Virus record (IMG/VR): IMGVR_UViG_3300032050_000010 | Origin: a virus | Reading direction: 5' to 3' (one strand) | DNA: 64,000 bases | Shown here: positions 56,746-64,000 of the stretch, piece after piece | Numbering within the stretch: position 1 is the stretch's first letter | Layout of the letters: each line of letters begins with the position of its first letter | Translations under genes and position numbers: made by a program | Notes under the pieces: model-generated | Databases searched by the model: none | The model's input: the letters and a program-made list of their open reading frames with translations, nothing else | Told to the model about the DNA's origin: nothing

Positions 56746-57195
56746 ATGCTACGTAGATACATCATCAATGAGATTAGAAAGGTCATCCTCAACGAGAAAG
56801 CGAAGGAAGACAAGAAGAGCGGCGGCACCTGTCCTCGAGCAACGCAGGACTCTGTCCTTAACACAAAGAACCGCAACAAGGCGATCAAGAAGCTGGGCTA
56901 CGGTCCTGCTAATCCTGCAAAGCCTGGTGACTTCTGGGAAGAGAAAGCAGAGATGTGGGATGACATTCCTGTCTCTGAAGCGGAGGATATGCTGTGCGGG
57001 AACTGCGCTGCCTTCGACATCTCACCCAAGATGCTTAACTGCATCGAGAAGGGGCTTGAGGGCGGTGATACCAACGTGAAGGGTTGGGACACGATCAAGG
57101 CGGGCAAGTTGGGCTACTGCAAGATGCACCACTTCAAGTGTGCTGCCAAGAGGACGTGTGACACATGGGTCACGGGCGGACCGATCAAGAAGTGA
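56746..57195 (+). CDS. Cys-rich putative virion protein (HiPIP-like Cys pattern)
   Basis: MLRRYIINEIRKVILNE; CGNCAAF...GYC....C....TC..W. Confidence 0.6.
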   Translation: MLRRYIINEIRKVILNEKAKEDKKSGGTCPRATQDSVLNTKNRNKAIKKLGYGPANPAKPGDFWEEKAEMWDDIPVSEAEDMLCGNCAAFDISPKMLNCIEKGLEGGDTNVKGWDTIKAGKLGYCKMHHFKCAAKRTCDTWVTGGPIKK

Positions 57196-57222
57196 CCTGA
57201 TACTTAGCGTCAGGAGGCACAC

Positions 57223-57924
57223 ATGCCAGTAAGCGACAGCCAGAAGAAAGTGATCGATTCAGTCCTGACGATCTTTGAGACAGGTAGATTACCTACACCC
57301 GGTGCATATGCAACATGCGCAATCTTGTCAGACGGAGCCGGTATTTCCTACGGTAAGCACCAGTCAACAGATAGGTCAGGAACCCTAGATAAGATCGTTG
57401 ACTTGTACATTGCGAAGGGTGGTAAGCAGGCTGACGAGCTCAAGCAGTTCGTTCCTAAACTTGCGCTGAACGAGACGGCGAAGCTGGATCCCAAGAACAT
57501 TCCATCCTGGGCGAAGTACCTGATGGGCGTGCTGAAGACAGCGGGTGCTGACCCCGTCATGCAAGCAGCGCAGGATGAAGTGTTTGATGCCAACTACTGG
57601 GTGCCTGCGATGGGCCACGTCCAGCGGATCGGCCTGCAGACCGGCCTCGGTGCGCTCGTCGTCTACGACACCTGCATCCACAGTGGCAGCGGCGGTGTGG
57701 CAATCATCCGAGCCCGTTTCCCAGAGGCTGCTCCCTGCAACGGCGGCGATGAGAAGGCTTGGGTGCTGGCCTACATCAAGGCACGCAGAGAGTGGCTTGC
57801 AGCCAACAAGAACCCAATCGTCCAGAGGACGGTGTATCGCATGGATGCCTTCAACGAGATCGCACGGTCAGGCAATTGGGAGTTGGCGACACCTCTCACT
57901 GTCCGCGGCGTGAAGATCGTGTGA
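57223..57924 (+). CDS. GH46 chitosanase-like lysin
   Basis: FETG, DGAGISYG, QAAQD..F...Y..PA, YDT.IH.G, DEKAW...Y..AR, YR. Confidence 0.8.
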   Translation: MPVSDSQKKVIDSVLTIFETGRLPTPGAYATCAILSDGAGISYGKHQSTDRSGTLDKIVDLYIAKGGKQADELKQFVPKLALNETAKLDPKNIPSWAKYLMGVLKTAGADPVMQAAQDEVFDANYWVPAMGHVQRIGLQTGLGALVVYDTCIHSGSGGVAIIRARFPEAAPCNGGDEKAWVLAYIKARREWLAANKNPIVQRTVYRMDAFNEIARSGNWELATPLTVRGVKIV

Positions 57925-57948
57925 GATAGATATACTTGGGAGGCAGAC

Positions 57949-58134
57949 ATGGCACTATCACCAGACGAACTGATTGACATCGCACCCGAGGCGATCGATC
58001 TTGTAAAGGCAATCTCTGAGGCGCTTAAGAAGGACGCGGACGGCAAGGTCCGTGTGACACGTGAGGAAGCCCGTGAGATCCGCACCAAGGTGTTCAAGCT
58101 CGCAGTCGAAGTCGCACAGCACGCTATCGACTAA
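57949..58134 (+). CDS. small lysis-region protein
   Basis: GGAGG RBS, ATAGATA motif, DADGKV. Confidence 0.6.
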   Translation: MALSPDELIDIAPEAIDLVKAISEALKKDADGKVRVTREEAREIRTKVFKLAVEVAQHAID

Positions 58135-58156
58135 GGCACAATAACACGTGCGTCAC

Positions 58157-58194
58157 TGTCGCCACGATCTATAATGATCGTGGCGACACTTTTT
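58157..58194 (+). terminator. terminator hairpin whose loop is a TATAAT -10 box
   Basis: TGTCGCCACGATC-TATAAT-GATCGTGGCGACA-CTTTTT. Confidence 0.75.
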
Positions 58195-58204
58195 AGGAGG
58201 CGAC

Positions 58205-58297
58205 ATGCGGTTCACGGTCGACACGACAATCAAGGCGGTGTTCATCCTCTTCTTCTACTTGCTCTTCTCGGCAATTCGCATCCAGCTAGGTTACTAG
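58205..58297 (+). CDS. 30-aa single-TM peptide (not in ORF track)
   Basis: AGGAGG RBS; MRFTVDTTIKAVFILFFYLLFSAIRIQLGY. Confidence 0.55.
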   Translation: MRFTVDTTIKAVFILFFYLLFSAIRIQLGY

Positions 58298-58315
58298 CAG
58301 AGCACACATGACTTA

Positions 58316-58537
58316 ATGCAGGCGATCAAGAACCGCTACACACCCGGTGATCTGTACGAAGTGATCGACCAGTTCGGATCTTCAAAGGGTCGCTGCATCT
58401 TCGTGGAGCTCATCGAGCCTGGCACACTCGATCTGGTTCAGGTCGTCCGACCGATGCACTGGCACTTTAAAGTTCTACACAAGAGCAAGATCGAGCTCTA
58501 CGACACATCGCTTTATTCATTGATCGACATCTTGTAA
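58316..58537 (+). CDS. small SH3/KOW-like protein
   Basis: YTPGDLYEV. Confidence 0.55.
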   Translation: MQAIKNRYTPGDLYEVIDQFGSSKGRCIFVELIEPGTLDLVQVVRPMHWHFKVLHKSKIELYDTSLYSLIDIL

Positions 58538-58579
58538 AAATCTATACCAACCCGTAAGATCATAACAAAAGAGAGAAGA

Positions 58580-59695
58580 ATGAAGTTCCTTAAGCATGGT
58601 AATGCCTGGTCACTCACCCCCAACGCTCGGATGGATGTTCGAGACACATTGCCCGCAGGCAACTACACCGTCTGTAAGAACCCACTTACAGGCGAGTACT
58701 TCCTAGAGGAGAGTGAGCGTTTCACTCTACCCCGAAAGCTCTACGGCAAGACGGAGCGGCACGGTGAGCGCATTCTCAGCTCCTTCAAGGGGCGCCAGCC
58801 CGGATCGCAGGTAGGTGTCTTTCTCAGCGGTACCAAGGGATCCGGTAAGACACTCCTGGCAAAGTATGTCGCGATCCAGTCGGGCCTCCCGGTAATTATT
58901 GTCAATACACCCTACACGGACGAGCGCTTCATGCGCACCATCCAGGGCATCGAGCAACCCGCAGTTGTCCTGTTTGATGAGTTCGAGAAGCTCTACAATC
59001 AGGAGGATCAGGAGTCGATCCTCACCCTGTTCGACGGTGTCTACACTGCTCAGAACAAGATCATGATCATCACCTGCAACGACAAGTGGGCAGTCCGTGA
59101 GTTCTTCCACAACCGCCCGTCTCGCCTCCGCTACTCGATCAACTTCGAGGGTCTCACCGCAGAGTTTGTGGAGGAGTACTGTGATGACCAGCTGCAGGAC
59201 CGCAAGTACCTGAAGAGCATCCTCACCCTGCTTGGAACAACCGACGAGTTCAACTTCGACATGCTTCAGACGTTGGTCGATGAGCTCAACCGATGGGGCG
59301 GTGACTTCGAGGAGACGCTTGAGATCCTCAACGTGAAGCCTATCACCACCGCTCGGTCCAAGTGGACACTCAGCGTTGCGACACCCGACGAACCCAGTTC
59401 CAAGTGGAAGTTCAGCTACGGAGAAACAGTGAGCCGCAGTCCTCTCATGTACATGCAGGTCGGTAAGCACGGTCACGGTTGTCTCGAGGTGGGCGTCAAG
59501 CGGATCGGTGATGATGAGGATGATGACCATGAGGAGATCGATCTTGCACTCCGTAGTGAGCACCTCTATAAGGTTGATCCCGCGAGCGGAACGATGGTCC
59601 TTAAGATCACTCAGCGAGGCCACAACTTCGTGGTCACCATCAAGGAGGAACGGATGGGCAATGGCTGGGGCTTCTTCGACCGGGATGCATTCTGA
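58580..59695 (+). CDS. AAA+ ATPase
   Basis: GTKGSGKT, LFDEFEK, TCN, NRPSR; promoter TTGTAA-17-TAAGAT (58532-58560). Confidence 0.88.
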   Translation: MKFLKHGNAWSLTPNARMDVRDTLPAGNYTVCKNPLTGEYFLEESERFTLPRKLYGKTERHGERILSSFKGRQPGSQVGVFLSGTKGSGKTLLAKYVAIQSGLPVIIVNTPYTDERFMRTIQGIEQPAVVLFDEFEKLYNQEDQESILTLFDGVYTAQNKIMIITCNDKWAVREFFHNRPSRLRYSINFEGLTAEFVEEYCDDQLQDRKYLKSILTLLGTTDEFNFDMLQTLVDELNRWGGDFEETLEILNVKPITTARSKWTLSVATPDEPSSKWKFSYGETVSRSPLMYMQVGKHGHGCLEVGVKRIGDDEDDDHEEIDLALRSEHLYKVDPASGTMVLKITQRGHNFVVTIKEERMGNGWGFFDRDAF

Positions 59696-59925
59696 TGGGC
59701 AAGATGGTGACACACGCGATCACAGTCAAAGGGATCGTCTACGGCACGATGCACGTCACATGTTCAGAGGATGAGCACCGGCCTGAGAAGCTAGGTGACG
59801 AGGTCGATTGGGACTGGGATAGCGTCGAGATGGTCGAAGTCGTCGACAGTGAGATCATTGATGGGTGGGAAGAGCCGGACGAGGAGGAGGAAGATCAGTC
59901 GACCGTGAACGGGGGTGCCAAGTGA
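59695..59925 (+). CDS. acidic hypothetical protein
   Basis: TGATG coupling. Confidence 0.55.
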   Translation: MGKMVTHAITVKGIVYGTMHVTCSEDEHRPEKLGDEVDWDWDSVEMVEVVDSEIIDGWEEPDEEEEDQSTVNGGAK

Positions 59926-60329
59926 TGGTCCTGATCGCGTCGCTCCTCGGGTGTCTGACAACGTCTCACTACAACGCTCGTGCTGAGGTGCGCTCTGTGA
60001 CGTCAGGCGGCGGCTCACGAGAGTTCTACGTCGCAGCCGACATGTTCTGCGGTCCCGCTCTCTTTCCGATGGTGAGGAGTGGGCAGTGGCATCCCGTCAC
60101 GATCAGGATCATGAGGTGTGAGATCGTCTCGTCGGGCAAGGCGACCAAGACGCAGTGCGACGCTGTCGCTGACACTGAGACACTGGGCATCGCGTCAACC
60201 GCGGCAAACGGGGATCGATTCAAGATCACGAGCGGAAACGTGATGTGTCCCTACCTCAAGCTCGGCGGCATGGACGTGTCGGGCTTCACGCCCTACGATC
60301 CTGAGACAGCGAGCGACGTAGACTTTTAG
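59925..60329 (+). CDS. putative lipoprotein
   Basis: MVLIASLLGC lipobox-like; additional Cys residues. Confidence 0.45.
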   Translation: MVLIASLLGCLTTSHYNARAEVRSVTSGGGSREFYVAADMFCGPALFPMVRSGQWHPVTIRIMRCEIVSSGKATKTQCDAVADTETLGIASTAANGDRFKITSGNVMCPYLKLGGMDVSGFTPYDPETASDVDF

Positions 60330-60469
60330 GTGGAGGACAGGACAGCATGACCAGTGTACTATGAGGAGGTCAGGCGCGCGGCGATGGGAAACGGGGAGCT
60401 GTTCCACGTCGCGGCCTTCGTCGCAATCATCGACGGATGGGAAGAAGATCCTGAGTAGGAGAGCCTGAC

Positions 60470-60712
60470 ATGAAGGCAGGTGACATCGTCAAGCTGAACA
60501 GCTGGTTTCATCAAACTGTCTCAGTATTCCCAGAGCCTAATCCACAGACAACAATCGGTGACATTGAGTATCCAAGAGGGACGATTGCTCTAATTCTCGA
60601 GGTTCTCGACAGTCACGAAGATGACGGCCCAAGCATGAATACGTACATGCGTGTTCTTGTCGGAGGAAAGGTGGGTTATGTCCGTGCATATTCCTGCGAG
60701 GAGATCAAGTGA
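60470..60712 (+). CDS. small SH3/KOW-like protein
   Basis: MKAGDIVKL; AGGAG RBS. Confidence 0.65.
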   Translation: MKAGDIVKLNSWFHQTVSVFPEPNPQTTIGDIEYPRGTIALILEVLDSHEDDGPSMNTYMRVLVGGKVGYVRAYSCEEIK

Positions 60713-60924
60713 ACGTGGGTGACCTGGTCAGGTTCTGGACACCTGCGGTCCCAAAGAGCCTGCAACACAATGGGATCATCATAGATGTCACTCACGAGAA
60801 TGTGGGCGGTCTAAAGATGGGGAGCATGTACCACGTGCTCACATCCCGTGGGCAGATCGTGACAATGACTGTGGGTGGCCTGGAGCTCGTGTCACCCGTG
60901 CAAGACAACTTGAGCGTGGTATGA
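60709..60924 (+). CDS. small SH3/KOW-like protein
   Basis: MNVGDLVRF...GIII...YHVL. Confidence 0.65.
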   Translation: MNVGDLVRFWTPAVPKSLQHNGIIIDVTHENVGGLKMGSMYHVLTSRGQIVTMTVGGLELVSPVQDNLSVV

Positions 60925-60944
60925 TGCAGCTGTGAGGAGAGGCA

Positions 60945-61145
60945 ATGAAGCCCGGTGACCTTGTGCAATACACACTACGGCGAAGAGGTTCGACTGCGCC
61001 CTACCCAATCGGGATCCTGCTTGAGATCCGGCCTAAGTCGCATCCACTCATTCGGGAACGCGAGCACGACTACATCGTCCTAATCGGTGGCGAGACACGA
61101 ACTACGACACGACGATATCTAAAACCGATCGAGGAGGCACAATGA
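60945..61145 (+). CDS. small SH3/KOW-like protein
   Basis: MKPGDLVQY...GILL...YIVL; CCCGTGC promoter at 60894. Confidence 0.65.
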   Translation: MKPGDLVQYTLRRRGSTAPYPIGILLEIRPKSHPLIREREHDYIVLIGGETRTTTRRYLKPIEEAQ

Positions 61146-61816
61146 AGATCTGGCATTTGAGCGACACTCACATGAACCACGACCAGCTCGTCATTCCCGA
61201 TGGTATCGACATGGTGATCCACAGCGGAGACGCCTCGAACTGGCGTGACCCGTACCGTAACGAGTCAGAACTTCGTGCCTTCATCGACTGGTTTGCTACC
61301 CTGTCGATTCCCCACAAGATCTTCGTCCCAGGAAACCACGACACGTCCCTTGAGAAGGGCCTGATCACGCGTGAGCTGATTGAGCACCGTGGGATCCACC
61401 TCCTCATCAACGAAGAGAAGACGATCGAGGGGCTGCGGATCTGGGGAAGCCCATTCACGCCACGCTACGGCGACTGGTCATACATGCGGGACCGTGGGAC
61501 GATCAACCGGCTCTGGGATGAGATCCCGGAGAGCCTCGACATCCTCGTCACGCACGGCCCACCCTACGGCGTCCTCGACGCAACCTACACCCATCACAAC
61601 AAGGTGGAGCTTGTGGGTTGCAGTGCACTCCGGAAGCGGGTCGCGAAGGTCCCGCCCCGGTTCATGCTCTTCGGGCACGTCCACTCAACGGATGACATCC
61701 GCAATGCGGGAACGCGGACGGTGTGCGGGCTCCCTACGATCTTCAGCAACGGATCCTGCTGTGACGACGGACGGATGGGTGTGGTGACGAGCCACGGGAA
61801 CGTGTTGGAAGTGTGA
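61142..61816 (+). CDS. metallophosphoesterase (MPPED-like)
   Basis: SDTH, HSGD, GNHD, THGPP, FGHVH. Confidence 0.9.
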   Translation: MKIWHLSDTHMNHDQLVIPDGIDMVIHSGDASNWRDPYRNESELRAFIDWFATLSIPHKIFVPGNHDTSLEKGLITRELIEHRGIHLLINEEKTIEGLRIWGSPFTPRYGDWSYMRDRGTINRLWDEIPESLDILVTHGPPYGVLDATYTHHNKVELVGCSALRKRVAKVPPRFMLFGHVHSTDDIRNAGTRTVCGLPTIFSNGSCCDDGRMGVVTSHGNVLEV

Positions 61817-61851
61817 TAGGATAGCCTATTTAATTGCTAGAGGATGATGCA

Positions 61852-62589
61852 ATGAGATCAGGTTTCGGCAAAGGTTTTCAAGGACCTAATGTGGGCCTCA
61901 CGGCAGGTTTCAACTTCGGGTTCAATCGGCCCGATCAACTCAGCACGTCTGGCCTCATGCTACACCTTGATGCGTCAAATGCTCTCAGTTACCCCGGATC
62001 AGGTGCAACCTGGTTCGACCTCGCGACAGATCCTGCAGTGAACAACGCAACGCTCATCAACACACCCACTTTCTCAACTGACAAGGGCGGAAGCTTCAAC
62101 TTCGCGAAAGCCTCATCCGAGAGTGCCACAGTCTCAGGAACCGGGCTCGTTCCACAGACTGCCTACACGAAGGCAGTCTGGTTCAACCTTACCGATCTGG
62201 TGAGTGACAACAACCTCGTAAGCTCCGAGACGGGTGGTCACTTCATGTATTTTGCAGGTACGAACCGCCTCTACTCAGGCCACACAAACTGGGCCGTCTT
62301 CTCTGCATATCCGTCAAGCCGGACTTTCTCTGCAGGTGTGTGGTACTTTGCAACTCTCACTTTCAACACGACCGACGGGATGACGCTCTATGTCAATGGT
62401 GCTTTCGACAGCTCCTACACGGCGAACAAGGCTGCCCACGGTGGCGACGGGTCGGTGAACATCGGTCGTTTTGGCGTCGGTAACTTCCTCAATGGCAACA
62501 TCGCGCAGGTCCTCACGTACAACAGGTCACTTACATCGACCGAAGTTGCTGACCTCTTCAACATCACTAAGGGAAGATTTGGTATCTGA
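61852..62589 (+). CDS. LamG/concanavalin A-like lectin domain virion protein
   Basis: GL.LHLDA....SYPGSG..W.DL, W....T, LYVNG, GNIA....YNR.L...EV. Confidence 0.8.
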   Translation: MRSGFGKGFQGPNVGLTAGFNFGFNRPDQLSTSGLMLHLDASNALSYPGSGATWFDLATDPAVNNATLINTPTFSTDKGGSFNFAKASSESATVSGTGLVPQTAYTKAVWFNLTDLVSDNNLVSSETGGHFMYFAGTNRLYSGHTNWAVFSAYPSSRTFSAGVWYFATLTFNTTDGMTLYVNGAFDSSYTANKAAHGGDGSVNIGRFGVGNFLNGNIAQVLTYNRSLTSTEVADLFNITKGRFGI

Positions 62590-62651
62590 TTAATAATTTG
62601 GTTGAACATCTGCACAATCAAAAGCTAAGATAAACTAAATTAGGAGTAAAA

Positions 62652-63350
62652 GTGTACCCTCAAGATGAGTTTGTCAAGCTGCTAAATGATCTTCCAGACT
62701 GGTTTGTTGAGAAAGTTGTAAGCTTCGGCCAGTCTAGTAAGATTACGGCAGGCAATGAGCAAGAGGTTATTATAGAGAAACTTTTTAATAACCTAGGTGT
62801 CCCAGGAATTTCAGCTACGTGCGGTGACGCAATAGACAATACAACACGTGTCAAGAAGTCACACGTAGATGTTGCTGTTTTCCATAACAATCGGCCTATT
62901 ATTGCAATTGATGTGAAAAATGGTGGTGCAAATGGCACGGAATCTGCAGGATCTCGTGCTAATGATGTTGAAGCACGTGTAGAGGGAGCAGCCCAGAAAG
63001 GATATGAATACTATGTCTATCTCTTTACACCGCAGTCGGCATGCAATACTCTTGATCACGTTGACATTGCAATGAAGAGATTGGCAACCTCAACGATCAG
63101 TTGTAAGTTGATTACCGCGAGCTTAAAAGAGAATGACCCTAACCTGCAGGTATTGTGCAATGTAATCGCTCAGAATACTGGCGTAAGCGTTGACACAACG
63201 ATGGTCATGAATGTCTACAATAAGTTGAATGTGCAGCCAAGTCTCAAGGATAGAATTAAAAGCAAGTCAGAGAAAGTCTACCGTACTGCACTTGAAAGAG
63301 AAGAAAAGAAGATAACTAGATCAGGCAAGAAAGCTTCGCGCAATCGTTGA
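62652..63350 (+). CDS. putative PD-(D/E)xK restriction-like endonuclease
   Basis: E...VDVAV...IAIDVK; AT-rich; directly upstream of a methylase. Confidence 0.5.
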   Translation: MYPQDEFVKLLNDLPDWFVEKVVSFGQSSKITAGNEQEVIIEKLFNNLGVPGISATCGDAIDNTTRVKKSHVDVAVFHNNRPIIAIDVKNGGANGTESAGSRANDVEARVEGAAQKGYEYYVYLFTPQSACNTLDHVDIAMKRLATSTISCKLITASLKENDPNLQVLCNVIAQNTGVSVDTTMVMNVYNKLNVQPSLKDRIKSKSEKVYRTALEREEKKITRSGKKASRNR

Positions 63351-63398
63351 TAAATTAATAAACATCTCTAACCCATCTATAATTGTCTAGGAGACAAG

Positions 63399-64000
63399 AT
63401 GAAAAAGCTTTTTAAGTGGCCAGGCGGTAAATCATCTGAGATCAAGCAGATCACAGCCTTGATGCCAACCTCATATGATAGGATCGTTGAACCTTTTGCA
63501 GGTTCTGCAGCGCTGTCATTTCACTTAGAGCGACCTGCCATTATAAATGATCTTGATGCGCAGGTGATGAATTTTTACGCCTGTCTCCAGAAAGATTGGC
63601 AGCAGTTGCACAGCCTTATTGAACAAGACAGGAAGTGTCCATACATGCTAAACAGCGATCCTGCCAGAGAGACAACACGATCACTTGAAGACGCATACTA
63701 TGCTGCTAGAACACGTCTAAATTCTGCAAAGTCTCTTAGCTTGTCTAGTCTTGACTTTCAATCGGCATCTGACTTCTATGTGACGCGCGCGCTCTCGTTC
63801 TCAGGCATGATCAGAAACTCACCTAAAGGTGGGTCGAATGTCCCTTATGGGTGGTATAAGGACTTTAAAAATAGCTTAAATGTTAATGTGAGCAATCTTA
63901 TTAGCTCTTGGACGATCTTAAACGGATCTTATAGCGCCGTGTCTGCACACCTCACTGATGGTGATTTTGTGTTTCTAGACCCGCCATACCGCAGCAGAGC
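63399..64000 (+). CDS. D12-class (Dam-like) N6-adenine DNA methyltransferase, 3' truncated by the window (not in ORF track)
   Basis: KWPGGK, VEPFAGSAA, INDLD, FVFLDPPY; AGGAG RBS. Confidence 0.92.
   Translation, partial: MKKLFKWPGGKSSEIKQITALMPTSYDRIVEPFAGSAALSFHLERPAIINDLDAQVMNFYACLQKDWQQLHSLIEQDRKCPYMLNSDPARETTRSLEDAYYAARTRLNSAKSLSLSSLDFQSASDFYVTRALSFSGMIRNSPKGGSNVPYGWYKDFKNSLNVNVSNLISSWTILNGSYSAVSAHLTDGDFVFLDPPYRSR

Noticed and set aside
58727-59713. 328-aa minus-strand ORF, and similar ones at 5752-6948, 12154-12642 and 40879-41439
   Set aside because: Antisense shadows of codon-biased + strand genes with clear domains; no motifs or RBS.
1-64000. Alternative genetic code (TGA or TAG recoding)
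   Set aside because: Conserved genes are full-length in code 11, all three stops terminate genes, and ATGA overlaps are common.
1-64000. CRISPR array, tRNA or rRNA genes
   Set aside because: No regularly spaced repeats; GGTTCGA-like hits (22254, 62012) lie inside CDSs with no cloverleaf.

Overview
This 64 kb window is a fragment of a large (jumbo-type) dsDNA bacteriophage. About 90 tightly packed genes all lie on the + strand and use the standard genetic code. I saw no rRNA, tRNA, CRISPR array or transposase. The window holds: (1) a replication/recombination core (gp32-like SSB, RecA, two 5'-3' exonucleases, DnaB-like helicase, DnaE, DinG-like helicase); (2) a large nucleotide-metabolism and repair set (class II RNR, two ThyX paralogues, a dNMP kinase fused to a thymidylate-synthase-fold domain, MazG/HAD hydrolases, a nucleoside deoxyribosyltransferase-like protein, TK, dCMP deaminase, two NDP-sugar epimerases, and MBD4-like, Fpg/Nei and DenV-like glycosylases); (3) chaperone and stress genes (GroEL, Hsp20, J-domain, ClpP, SOD, Dps); (4) transcription factors (a sigma70 lacking region 4.2 next to a stand-alone sigma4-like HTH, GreA, GapR/DsbA-like); (5) probable virion proteins, a GH46-like lysin, and a terminal Dam-type methylase/endonuclease pair. 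The strongest candidates for undescribed biology are a probable nucleotide-level cytosine hypermodification pathway with matching repair enzymes, a split sigma factor together with a phage-specific CCCGTGC promoter class, late-type promoters embedded in RBS-occluding hairpins, and a shared head-targeting/cleavage motif on many proteins including a SOD. All assignments come from motif recognition by eye; no database search was run.
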